Assembly (NCBI RefSeq): GCF_002571385.2
Contig: NW_019217842.1
Coordinates: 517,064 to 581,063 of the forward strand
Direction of reading: 5' to 3'
Origin: Stylophora pistillata
Lineage: Eukaryota
DNA: 64,000 nucleotides
Position 1 is the first letter of the stretch. Every line of letters begins with the position of its first letter. Of the stretch, positions 1 through 12,452 are shown one piece after another. Both the position numbers and the translations under genes were made by a program. A model generated the notes under the pieces. The model did not search any database and was not told the DNA's origin. It saw nothing but the letters and a program-made list of their open reading frames with translations.

Positions 1-1706
1 GGTTCCGGCTGGAAAAGCGTGGCGGCCTAACCGTTATGGCGCCCTAGACATTCTACAGGTGTGTAAATGGGTGAAGGCGAATTTAAAACGGGGAGTAACC
101 ATGTGATGGACTAGCATCTCATCCAGGGGGAAGGGAGAGTAGAAATATTTCGTTGCTCAGGCTGTATGGGCTACTGGCCTGACGCAGACTTTTTTTAATT
201 CTAATACGTGCATCTCCATGAACAGTGCCGGTAAGTGTTTTTTTTTTTAAGACCCTCAGAGAAAAACTTCGTATTAAATTATTTAATTAAGTTGTAAACC
301 TACCATTAATTTTTAATCATCAATATTCTTATTTATTTATTAATTTACTTTTATTATTTTTAAATTTATTATTTTTCGGTCATTGCAGGAACTCCGGGTA
401 TTCCGAGTATTCCGGTTCCAGTTCCGAATTCCAGCATTCCATGTTTTCCAAATTGCCCTCTGTCGTATATTATCGCCTATGTTCTATCGTCTATCGTCTG
501 GGTTTTATTACATGCCAAGTTTCGGCCCGGGCTTTCCTTCTTGACATGGAATGGCTATTTCCCCGAGTTGCAGATTTGAAGTAAAACAATCATGAAATAA
601 ATATAACAAATGAATTTGATACCTGTCCCTTTCAAGCGCAATGTGGAATCATTTGTCCTTTTCATCGACGCAAGTACGGTTTCTCGGAATTTAAGTTGGG
701 GAAACCCCTTCCCCGTACAATGGTTAATCCTCATTAATCACCACATGACACATGCAAGAGAGTGTAAAAGAAAATGTTACATATTCGTGGCATCACATAG
801 CACTTTAATGATGAAACTCAGTTATGCTACTGGCTGCTTATCAATCTATTGTCCCTATTTATATTAACATATGCTATATTCCGTCTTTTCAAATAAAAAC
901 TTAACCAGACCTGTATTGGTTGATATAACTCAAATAATTAGCAAAATTTAATTCCAATGTTTGGGCCATCTTTTGCAATGGTTACAATCAAAAGTTTATG
1001 AAATCTCTTTCCCGCAGATGCCAGAAAGCCTTAAGTTTTATTGAAATACCGAATTGAATACCTATTAGAATTTACAATTTATTGTTTCAAAATCTGATAA
1101 ATCGTTATTTTCAATTGAATTTGATTTTATTACGCCGGGAACGTTAAGTTTCTGTCTGCGTTCTCTTCTTTATCGTGACCTTATTATTTTCCAGTTTGTG
1201 AGGAAATAATGAATTATTATCCTAAAAATTAGATTGAGAAGAAGCTTTACTATCTCGCCGCACAGGAGGCCAATTGGGTGCCTTTAAGCTGTCAGGAAAC
1301 GGTATAGTTCGTAAACGTGCTGGGATAGACCAGCATCCCATCCAAGAGCTAGAAAAAATTGCCTCTAAGTAATGGAAGTAGTCCAGATGCAAAGGGCAAC
1401 AAGCTACTCTCATGACAGTTGGCTTCAGATCCTGCATCTCACAGCAGTGGGATTGATTTGAAATCTTTCTCAGGATACATCGTTGGATTTGATGTTGAAA
1501 ATTATAAAGGCCTCGCGTACTTATATTTACGAACTAGACCCAGTAAGAGAGCCGGTTATGGTGTTCAAGGAAACTGTAAAGGTAGCTTCCATACATCAAT
1601 GTCGATCAACCGGTGTAAGAACGGTACGATATATAAGAACGATACGGCTAACAACAGGGTCATCTGCTTTGAGACATGTCAAGTTAAAGTTTTTGAATTA
1701 TTCCTT

Positions 1707-4700
1707 CTACAAACAAAGCAAGTACAACATAAAAGCAATAATAGTGCCATATAAAAATATTCCGATGGGTGGGTAGGGCCGTCCAGCAGAAGAAGCTGTG
1801 GAACAAAGGAAAACAATGTCAAAACAGATTCAACCCCTAACACAAAGAAAATATGTAAATGCAGCTTACTCCACTTTAAAGTTAACCATTAATGCAATGT
1901 AATTCCCCTTAAATGAGGATTGTGATAAATCTAAAGCTGGCAAAAATTAGAAGACTCAAGTATAGGAGAGTTTGCTTACCCTTACACTGCCTGCCATTTC
2001 CATGATATCCTTTCTTGCAGGAACAAATGTATGATCCCCGGGTATTGATGCAGTTAGCCTTTGCGTGACAATTATGGATACCCTCTCTGCACTCATTTAC
2101 ATCGTAACATGAGAAACCGCTACCACGGAAGCCAGAATTGCAACTGCATGTATAAGAGCCATCAGTGTCTCTGCAATTTGCATTCCAGTCACAAGGCCGA
2201 CTACTACTGCACTCGTCTTTATTGTGGCAATTTTGTCCGTCGCCTTGGTATCCTACAACGCACTTACAGCTGAAAGAACCAGGGGTGTTCGTACAACTTG
2301 CTTTGGTACTGCATTGAGCTGTCCCTTCCTTGCACTCGTTGATATCTACGAAGGAAAAAAATAAGTTAATCATCTCTCTCATCCAGCGATAGAGTAGTAT
2401 ATGAACAGCAACCATAGAAAATCCCGCTCCTATTATCCCACTGCACATGACCGGAGTGTCTAAATAAGAATCATGATAGTAGATGCCATGGACTACCTTT
2501 TTATAGCGCTTCAATTGCTAATTGTATGCTTACCATTGCATGATTGTCCATTTCCACGATACCCTTTGTTGCATATGCAGTTGTGCGATCCTGCGATGTT
2601 TGCACACCTGGCGTAAGGGCTGCAAAGATGACTTCCATCGCTGCATTCGTCAACATCTTGACACACATAACCATCGCCGGAAAACCCAGAACGACACATA
2701 CATTGATGAGAGCCCATAATGTTTTTACATTCTGCATCCCTATCACACTTGTGAGATCCATCGCCACATTCATCAACGTCATGACATAAAAGTCCGTCCC
2801 CTGAGAATCCCCGTCGACAAGTGCACTTGTAGGAGCCGACAGTGTTATTACAGAATGAATGAATGCTGCAATCATGCGTGTTATTCTTGCATTCGTCGAT
2901 GTCATGACAAGACCGTCCATCGCCTTGGAATCCTTCCAGACAACTACACTTGTAGGAGCCTATGGTGTTATTGCAGGATGCATGAATGCTACAGTCGTGT
3001 TTGTTAATCTTGCATTCGTCGATGTCATTGCAAGACCGTCCATCGCCTTGGAATCCTTCCAGACAACTACAACTGTAGGTGCCTATGGTGTTATTGCAGG
3101 ATGCATGAACNNNNNNNNNNNNNNNNNNNNNNNNNNNNNNNNNNNNNNNNNNNNNNNNNNNNNNNNNNNNNNNNNNNNNNNNNNNNNNNNNNNNNNNNNN
3201 NNNNNNNNNNNNNNNNNNNNNNNNNNNNNNNNNNNNNNNNNNNNNNNNNNNNNNNNNNNNNNNNNNNNNNNNNNNNNNNNNNNNNNNNNNNNNNNNNNNN
3301 NNNNNNNNNNNNNNNNNNNNNNNNNNNNNNNNNNNNNNNNNNNNNNNNNNNNNNNNNNNNNNNNNNNNNNNNNNNNNNNNNNNNNNNNNNNNNNNNNNNN
3401 NNNNNNNNNNNNNNNNNNNNNNNNNNNNNNNNNNNNNNNNNNNNNNNNNNNNNNNNNNNNNNNNNNNNNNNNNNNNNNNNNNNNNNNNNNNNNNNNNNNN
3501 NNNNNNNNNNNNNNNNNNNNNNNNNNNNNNNNNNNNNNNNNNNNNNNNNNNNNNNNNNNNNNNNNNNNNNNNNNNNNNNNNNNNNNNNNNNNNNNNNNNN
3601 NNNNNNNNNNNNNNNNNNNNNNNNNNNNNNNNNNNNNNNNNNNNNNNNNNNNNNNNNNTGCGTGTTATTCTTGCATTCGTCGATGTCATGACAAGACCGT
3701 CCATCGCCTTGGAATCCTCCCAAACAGCTACAATTGTAGGAGCCTACTGTGTTATCGCAGGAAGCATAAACACTACAATCGTGCCTATTAGTCTTGCATT
3801 CGTCGATGTCATGGCAAGACCGTCCATCGCCTTGGAATCCTTCCAGACAACTACAATTGTAGGAGCCTATGGTATTATTGCAGGATGCATGAACACTGCA
3901 ATCGTGCGTGTTATTCTTGCATTCGTCGATGTCATGACAAGACCGTCCATCGCCTTGGAATCCTCCCAAACAGCTACAATTGTAGGAGCCTACTGTGTTA
4001 TCGCAGGAAGCATAAACACTACAATCGTGCCTATTAGTCTTGCATTCATCGATGTCATGGCAAGACCTTCCATCGCCTTGGAATCCTTCCAGACAACTAC
4101 AATTGTAGGAGCCTATGGTATTATTGCAGGATGCATGAACACTGCAATCGTGTGTGTTATTCTTGCATTCGTCGATGTCATGACAAGACCGTCCATCGCC
4201 TTGGAATCCTTCCATACAACTGCACTTGTAGGAGCCTACGGTGTTATTACAGGATGCATAAACACTACAATCGTGCATGTTAGTCTTACATTCGTCGATG
4301 TCATGACAAGACCGTCCATCGCCTTGGAACCCTTCCAGACAACTGCACTTGTAGGAGCCGACAGTATTATTACAAAATGCATGAACGCTACAGTTGGGTG
4401 TACCTGTAATGCATTCATCGATGTCATGACAATAACGTCCATTTCCTTGGAATCCTTCCAGACAACTGCACTTGTAGGAGCCGACAATGTTATTACAAAA
4501 TGCATGAACGCTACAGTTGTGTGTACCTGTTATGCATTCATCGATGTCATGACAAGACTGTCCATTGCCTTGGAATCCTTCCAGACAATTACACCTGTAG
4601 GAGCCTATGGTGTTATTGCAGGATGCATGAACACTGCAATCGTGTGTGTTAGTCTTGCATTCTTCGATGTCATGACAAGACCTGCCATCGCCTTTGAATC

Positions 4701-5695
4701 CTTCCAGACAACTGCACGTGTAGGAGCCTTGAGTGTTACTGCAAGATGCATGAACACTGCAGTTGTGAGTATTAGTATTGCATTCATGAATGTCGTAACA
4801 AGACCGTCCGTTGCCCTCGAATCCATCGAAACAACTACACCTATAGGAGCCTACAATGTTGTCACACACTGCATGGTCGCTACAGCTGTGTATTTCGCTC
4901 TTACATTCATCAATATCCTCGCACGAAAATCCATCTCCTTGGAAGCCATTATTACAAACGCAATTGAAATGCGTCGTATCTTTTGAATTTGGTTTGCAAG
5001 TAGCATTTCCATCACAAAATGGCTTCTGACGGCAATTAAAACTTGTCGCTGGTGTTGGTGCATCTGTTAAAGAGAGAGGAGACGGATCAATACTTTAATA
5101 TCAAACTTTAAAATTCCAGATTCTTTTTCATGACGACGAATTTTCTGGAGGGCCATGTCTAATAATTCAGAACATCAAACCGAGAGAAATGAGCTTCACA
5201 TCATTAAGTGAAAAATGGCTATCGAAGCATTTTCTCATTCGCAAGTTCACTGTCGAAAGTAATCATAGACTGCTGATATCCATCGCTTTTCTGTTCGTAG
5301 CTTTAACGATTGAGTTAAGACTTAGACAAACATCGAACAAAAGATCATTACTATCGGTAACTGAGCTAGTTAATATGGGTCAAAATGTATAGCAACTCTC
5401 ACGCCAACATTTAAATTATTAGGGGTAAATGCCACAGCAATCGCAAAAATTTGCATGTTAATGATGTGCTGAATTCGATCATTTACCCAGCGACAAAGAA
5501 TAATTTCCTTTACTTACCTCCATTTCTGAGAGATTTTTTAGGTGGTGATATTAGTGCAAATGCCAGAAAAAGACAAACAGCCACAACGATCAGAGTCAGA
5601 AGTCCTGCCTTCCAATTCGACTTGATCGATCTGTTTATGGCTGTTAGAGAGAAAACTTCATGCTTCGATTCTATCCCTTGGTGTGTCTCATCCAT
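1707..5695 (-). CDS. Tandem calcium-binding EGF repeat (fibrillin-like) surface protein with N-terminal TM and C-terminal GPI-like hydrophobic tail; 4 coding exons
   Basis: Exons 5695-5518 (MDETHQ...[30 protein letters not shown]), 5063-2534 (includes N-gap 3111-3658), 2345-1980 and 1795-1707 ([29 protein letters not shown]). All introns are GT-AG, phase 1 and frame-consistent. Repeats match DIDEC...C.N..GSY.C.C..GF.GDG..C; 19-20 EGF units are visible plus an unknown number in the gap. Confidence 0.88.
2780..4920 (-). repeat. Coding tandem repeat, 123-bp (41-aa) cbEGF unit; near-identical 246-bp dimer at 3660-4151
   Basis: gcattcgtcgatgtcatgacaagaccgtccatcgccttggaatcc recurs every 123 bp; the assembly gap lies in the most homogeneous part. 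Confidence 0.93.
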
Positions 5696-6519
5696 TGCTC
5701 TCAATAGTTCGCTTGTTTGGTATTATTATCTCCGAGAATATATTTTAAAAGGAGTCGAACGTACGAGTATCGCTATCCGCGTGTGTTTTACAACCTCAGC
5801 ATATTTGAGCTATTTAGGTTTCACGAAAATCTGCTGCATGATTCATTACACGTCTTTCGGTTTCTAAGAAATCTGCCGGGGAACCCCCTAGTCCTTCTAC
5901 GTATTACCTCTCATTGGTTGTCGAGCTGACCGATATAAACAATTTCGTTATCAATTTGGGATTTTACTGAAGATTATTTTTAGCAAAGTAGCATCGAATA
6001 ATTACGCCAGGGGTCAAGAATTAGGATTTTGACAAACATCTGCCATATCATAACTGTCGTTTACAGATACGAGTACTATAGAACAACTCTCAAATGAAAA
6101 AAAATTCACGCGAAAATGGCAAAAATAACAGATTTTCAATGTTGAGCAATGTGCTGATCGAATGATATGACAAGAAATATAGAGTGAACAAGCAGTTAGA
6201 GAGCGTATCAAGCAAGAGAATGGAATGTTATCTATATAAAACAGGGTTTTATGTTTCATGGTAGTCACTTGAATTTTGAGTGAATTTTTATGTTTCGGTG
6301 GCAACTCTGCGCTTAGTGATAAGCGATTGTTTCCTTAATAAGAAAAAGGCCTACAGCAAAAACAATCAACAGAAAGATCCCGCACGGCCCACGATCCGCG
6401 GAAACTGAATCTGTTTTCAAGGACGACTGTGCATGATGTTTACCATAATGTCTATCATTTTCTCTGATCAGGAACTTTGCTTCAGGTTTTGATTTTTTTC
6501 ATGATATAATTGTATAAGA

Positions 6520-7406
6520 TATTACTTCAAATCTTGCTCTAGGGATATTGTTCCAGATATTTCTCAATTCACCACACATTCCCTAAGAGCCGGTGGCGCT
6601 TCTGCTGCAGCTAATGCTGGTGTTCCCGACAGACTCTTTCAGAGGCACGGGCGTTGGAAATCTGTTTCCGCAAAAAATGGCTATGTCGGTGATAGTCTGA
6701 GTTCAAGTTTGTCAGTGTCAAAAAAGCTAGGTATTTAATTCTGTATCGTTTACTTTTAAGTTCATATTTCCCTTTCTTTGGCTCTAGCAGGATGCGTATA
6801 CTACAAGGCTGGCTGACTCATCCTGAATAAACTTTCACTTTGAATATCTCGCCTGAGTGTAGTCAGAATATGTAATTTCTGACGCTTGAGTGACATGGGA
6901 ACGAATTAGTCAGAAATTAATATTCTGACGGCACGTTGAAGAGGTTCGCGTGGCATCATCGTAGTTTCGGATTATTTAAGATTTTCCGGNGAAAATTAAG
7001 TCATTCTAGGTCGGTCAGTCTTATTAGGTTTGACCATTTTATTTTTTCTTATTTAATGTAATTTTGTTTTACAATTCTCTGTAAAATATCACCGCTCTTA
7101 TTGAATTTTCTGTTTGATTAGTAATGTACTGAACTAGGTTTATTTTAATTACCCTTTCCACGGGGTACTGTGCTACTGCATTAGATGAGGAATACGTTTC
7201 CACGTATCTTTTGGCCACTTCTAAAGAGTGGTGTTTTAGTGGTTTTTCGTATCTGGCGTAGCACAGGCTAATGTTTATAACCCTTTAGTTTCAGTAAATA
7301 CCTCCAGAACATTGCAGATTCTAGTAGGATGCGCATACTACAAGGCTGGCTGACTCATCCTGAATAAACTTTCACATCGAATATCTCGCCTGAGTGTAGT
7401 CAGAAT
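6520..7406 (+). mobile_element. 3' remnant of tyrosine-recombinase retrotransposon (Ngaro/PAT-type DIRS) with split direct repeats
   Basis: Translates to THSLRAGGASAAANAGVPDRLFQRHGRWKSVSAKNGYV...KKLGI* (HxLR, HGRW and catalytic Y; stop at 6738). Followed by 85-bp direct repeats at 6785-6869 and 7322-7406. Confidence 0.8.
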
Positions 7407-8002
7407 CAAATCTCTGCTCCAGGTGCAGTCGAGAACAGCTTTAGCTCCTTGAGTGCTCTCCAAACTTCCAAAATGCATCCAAACTCGACAACTGTATACG
7501 TACAGCTAAAAGCCGCATGAACATATCAGACACAACTTGTGTTTGAAGAGAGAGTTTTATCATTATTTTGTCGCGTTTCCGAGGTAATCGCGATCTACCC
7601 AAAAACTATGAATGAAAAACAAAGCAAAAACGATCAAGGGATGTTTCGAGATTAAATCTTTATTCATAGAATTGTAAATTTGCTAAATGGAAGCAAAAAT
7701 GAACGAATTTCCTGCATGCACCAGACTTCAACATGCTTGAACTTTTCATTACTAGAATTTACGGCCATAAAATTTCGTAGGTTTGTGATGGAATTTCTGA
7801 AATTGTACGATTTTAAAATTAAAATCTTCTATTGAAGTATACTTTAAGGAAATATCAATCTGCGTCGTATGTTATAATAATTGTTACTTCACTCAGGAAT
7901 CCCGGAACTCAGTAAACGACGCTTTTTCTCGGACACAAAGATTTAAATGTAGTTTTTAAATTCCCCTTTACAGATCGAAAAAAATCAACTAAAGGAGACG
8001 AA

Positions 8003-9853
8003 ATGTTCAGATCATTGGTCCTGTTAAGTTCAGCTTTAATGCTCTTTATCATATTCATAACCGGGGAAACAGGTGGGTCCATAGAAGTTTTTAATTAAAA
8101 TGCGATGTGAAGAGTTTATTTTGTATTCCATCGCGTAAATATCTGAAAGAGAATCATTGGCTCACGAAAACGATTAATGAAATTGCGCACAGTTGCAGTT
8201 TAAGGTCGCGATGTAAATTTCAAATTTTGTCAGTTGTTCGTTAGAAATGAAAGACCTTTAATCAATCGCTTAAAACTACTGGTAAAGAGATGAAGCTCCA
8301 CCTTTTCTTTGCTAGAAACTGGTAGCCATGATTGAATTACAAGGCATCCCTTGGAGTGAAGTCGATGCACCACGGGAGCTTACTCTAAGAGCATCCTGCG
8401 GCACACTAACATCAATTTTTTTTCACTCAATGTTTTTCCTCGCGTTAAGGACTTCGCCGAAAAGGAGGGACTCCTCGTTGTCTAGATGTTTTATTTTTTT
8501 TTGTGTCATGAGCGTGTGAGAAAAAAAAAATTCAAATCCTCACAAAGAATCAAACCTTAAACCTACGGATTCAGCGCTCCGATGCTTGAGACCAAGTCTC
8601 TAGACCAAATTGAATATTTTCGTCTGTTTTGGGGTACTTTTCGAGATTCAATGAAACTGTTTTTCCAATTGAAATGAATTTTCTAGAATTGAAATGAATT
8701 TTCTAGAATTGAAATGTCAAAATTTCGGATCGTTTTTTATTTTCGCTTGGTGAACGAACTCTGTTGTAAACCAGACATTCGACAGTGTTCGTTCTAATAT
8801 TCTTGGTCGATTCAATTTTTTTTGTAGGAGTGAACGTAAATGATCCAATTACCCCGGAAGAGTACCAAGCAGGGATTGTCAGAGCAGGATTTTCTACGAA
8901 TTGGTTCAAAACGAAGACGCCGATGAAAAAGTACTGGAAACAGAACATCATAGACGTCCATGAAAAAGGCCTTAGTAACTTAAGACTTCGATGCAGGGCA
9001 GATCTCTACTCATATGACTACTCTATCGACAAATTCAAACGGTTTCTTAGCGACCTGACGACCGTTGTCGACCATTGTCTGAAACATGATGTGATTCCAA
9101 TCATCTCCTGGGTTCACCATCAAGCAGAGGCCTGCGCCATGGAAAAGGACTTTAAAGCCTACGTGAATTGGTGGACAGCGGTAGCACAGCAGTTAAAGGA
9201 CAAGGACTATAGACTGAGTTTTAATCTTTTTACAGAACTAGGAAAAGACACTTGCGAACGAAATGACAAAAGTGACGAGAGTCTTCGCGAGAATACCGAG
9301 AAATATAACCGATGGACCATGAACGTGACGCACGAAATCCGATGTACAAGTGGGAACAACGCTCAGCGTATTCTGATTTTGGGATCTCCCTGAAAAACTG
9401 CCGAGGACTTATCTAAAACTGATTAAAAAATCTATGAAAATTATAAATATATGATGGCTGAGTGGCATATTTATGCCTCTGGTCCAAACAAAGTGCTTGG
9501 TTTCCAGAAGCACGGGAGCGGTGACGGCAGTTCTGAAGGCCAAAACAACGTCAAAACTGCAATTAAACACGCAACTGATTATCAAAGGGGAGAAAACGGT
9601 TTGCTGACATATCTCGGAGCGTGGATGCCGCAAGATGACGCAAATGGTTCGATAACGGAATCGGAAGCCACCAACTTCGCCCGTTTCTTTGTTGCCGAGC
9701 TGCACAACGTCAGCATACCATGGTCTTTGAACGTTCTGGATCGCTACTATGATACCATAAAAAGGAAAATGGCTGACGGGGAACCAGACGATAAAAGGGC
9801 AAGCGCTAAATATGTCCAGGATTTTGGACAATATTCGTGAAGTAATGTCATAA
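8003..9853 (+). pseudogene. GH5-fold (cellulase family) secreted glycoside hydrolase-like, copy 1, disrupted
   Basis: Signal-peptide exon 8003-8072 (MFRSLVLLSSALMLFIIFITGET), phase-1 intron, catalytic exon from 8828. Motifs SNLRLR, IISWVHH, FNLFTEL, EWHIY, YLGAW, IPWSLN. Premature TGA 9391-9393, TAA 9424-9426 and a frameshift near 9760 relative to the paralogs. Confidence 0.82.
8485..8600 (-). mobile_element. Degenerate tRNA-derived SINE fragment in GH5 copy-1 intron
   Basis: Reverse complement reads gcatcggagcgctgaatccgtaggtttaaggtttgattc (B-box-like) followed by a T-rich tract; a related fragment lies at about 19010-19130. Confidence 0.45.
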
Positions 9854-10925
9854 AACTGAAAATAAAGATCTAGACGCGCCTACGAGTCTAGGGTAGTAAT
9901 CGTCTGCGTATTAAATGTAACTGGAATAGTTTCAGTGTTTATAACACGACTGTTACTAGAATGAGGTCAAATACTCAGAGGAAACTACTGTTCTTTCTTT
10001 CTGTGCTATGGTCCCTTCAGTATGGGTTAGATCCTTTATGTCCATTAGCGTCAATCACGAAATCCGCATCATCGATCATTTGGGTTGAGAAGTCATGACA
10101 TAGCGTAAAATAGCTCTGACTGTGGGGTTGATGAAAGGCACGGAAAAATAACCCGGTATGAGATATCTATCATTCGCATTATTGTAACTTGTTGGGGTTT
10201 TCTTCCGCCCTAAACTACATGCGCAAAAACCTAATAAGATATTTTAGCGGAACAGAGAAGGGAATTAGCTCACAAACGTGATGCTTTAAAGACAGACCAT
10301 TTGTGTTAAGTTTATACTGAAGGGTTTCTTTTGATCGAGAAAAAGGCCTAGGCATTATCAATGATTTGCCAAAACGGCGACGTCGTTGCATGTGCACATG
10401 AAAGCTGTCATAGAAAACGAATTTGGACCATAATAATAAAGTTAATGAAAATCATCAAGTTAGTAAAGAAATTTTTAAAAGTTCTGGCATAACATCTCTT
10501 CAACGTAACGCCTAACTAAGTTAATAACTGACAAATATCGCTCTAGCTCAGGTCATCAGAACGCGAAGCCCGAAAGTCGAGCCAAAATCATCAGCAACTT
10601 TCTTTAAAAATTCATTAGTTAACTAGTACCTTGCAAAAAAATAACATATTTTTTTGATCATTCATTATCCCATGGTCTACTTGCATGAAGCAGCTGATGC
10701 AATAAGATCATTTTTAAAACTCACGGTACATCGTCTATTTTACAAATGAGTGGTTTTCTTGAATAGCTCATGGGGCGTGAGCTAAAAACAATACGGTGTC
10801 GAACTCGAAACGCACCACTTTCGAAGGAACTTCGACTAGAAATTTTTAAAACGGTGAGGAATAGTGATTGTCGTTCCCCAATTTTCAAAGTTTAAACGTT
10901 GTCAATTTTCAAAGTTGAAAATGAC

Positions 10926-11975
10926 CCTAGTAATTGTCGGCCAATTTCTCTTCTTTCAGTCTTTAATAGAATCTTTGAAAAGCTTATGTATAATCGCCTA
11001 AAACAATTTATGAACAAACATTGTATATTTTACAATTATCAATATGGATTTCGTTAAAGATGCTCAACGGAACATGCCATCTTAGACATTGTCAATAGAA
11101 TTCAACTCAATATGGATAAGGGCATGTTTTCGTGTGGGGTCTTTATTGATCTGCAAAAGGCCGGGCATTCGATACTGTTGATCATTATATTTTATTACGT
11201 AATCTGGCTCATTACGGAATTCGTGGTATAATCAATGATTGGTTCTGTTCATACTTAAATGGAAAAACCCAAACCACTCAGGTCGGTGCCTATATTTCTG
11301 AAAAAGAGAAAAACTCTTGTGGAGTGCCACAGGGTTCTGTTTTGGGTCCTTTATTGTTTCTGATTTATTGTAATGACATTTACAAGGCTTCAACAAACTA
11401 GGATTCTACCTATTCGCTGATGATACAAATCTACTATATGCTGATAAGAATTTAAAATCACTTGAATCTGTTGTAAATGTGGAGCTACTTAACGTCTGTG
11501 ACTAGCTAAGCGCTAATAAACTCTCCTTAAATATAAAGAAAACTAATTTTTTTTTTTATCTTTCATCCATACCAAAACGCTTAGATTATGAAGTTAAACT
11601 TAATATATATGACAACCAAAGTAACAGACTGATAAGTATAGAACTTATAGCATATGTTAAGTACTTAGGGGCACTAATGGATAGTAATCTTAGTTGGAAA
11701 TATCATATCAGCCAAATCGCGTCCAAGATCAGTAGTCATATAGGTTTAATATCTAGATTAAGGCACTTCACTCCCTTCGTGACTTTGCTTAATATATATA
11801 TATAGATCTCTTATTTTTCCATATGGCCTTACTACCTGGGGACAGACAGCCAAAACGCACCTAAACAAAATAAAAACGGGTAGTCCGCTTGATGAATTTT
11901 TCTAAGTTTAATGTTCGCGCTGTTCCACTTTTTATCTCTACCAATATTCTGCCTTTACCTTTAATCTACTTTTAA
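10926..11975 (+). mobile_element. Degenerate CR1/L2-clade LINE reverse transcriptase fragment
   Basis: RPISLLSVFNRIFEKL, QYGF, FIDLQKA..DTVDH, GVPQGSVLGPLLFLIY, LFADDTNL and KYLG motifs with stops and frameshifts. Confidence 0.88.
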
Positions 11976-12452
11976 AAAAATTAAAAATGAATAAAGGCTG
12001 ATAGTTTCGAAAGAAACTGTTTGGGGCTGCGTCGGTGGGAGTAACGAAATAATTTGGATATATCAACAAAGTTGAAATGGTAAATTGGCCACCGTAACGA
12101 CGAAGGGCTAACGCTCGAAACGTCAGCTTTTGTAATCGTTACGGTGGCCAATTTACCATTTCAACTTTGTTGATATATCCAAATTATTTCGTTACTCCCA
12201 CCGACGCAGCCCCAAACAGTTTCTTTCGAAACTATCAGCCTTTATTCATTTTTAATTTTTTTAAAAGTAGATTAAAGGTAAAGGCAGAATATTGGTAGAG
12301 ATAAAAAGTGGAACAGCGCGAACATTAAACTTAGAAAAATTCATCAAGCGGACTACCCGTTTTTATTTTGTTTAGGTGCGTTTTGGCTGTCTGTCCCTAG
12401 GAAGTAAGGCCATAGGAGATATATGGAAAAATAAGAGATCTATATATATATA
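11790..12452. repeat. Large inverted repeat (about 310-bp arms) centred on a Penelope hammerhead motif
   Basis: 11790-12100 is the reverse complement of about 12136-12452, with a few substitutions and one short indel; loop 12101-12135. Confidence 0.9.

Noticed and set aside
3688-4986. 432-aa plus-strand ORF (also 2859-3791) antisense to the EGF repeats
   Set aside because: Shadow frame of a repeat whose unit lacks antisense stops; no splice signals or independent motifs.
9391-9393. In-frame TGA in GH5 copy 1 as selenocysteine or recoding
   Set aside because: Aligns to Gly (GGA) in the paralogs and is followed by a TAA and a frameshift.
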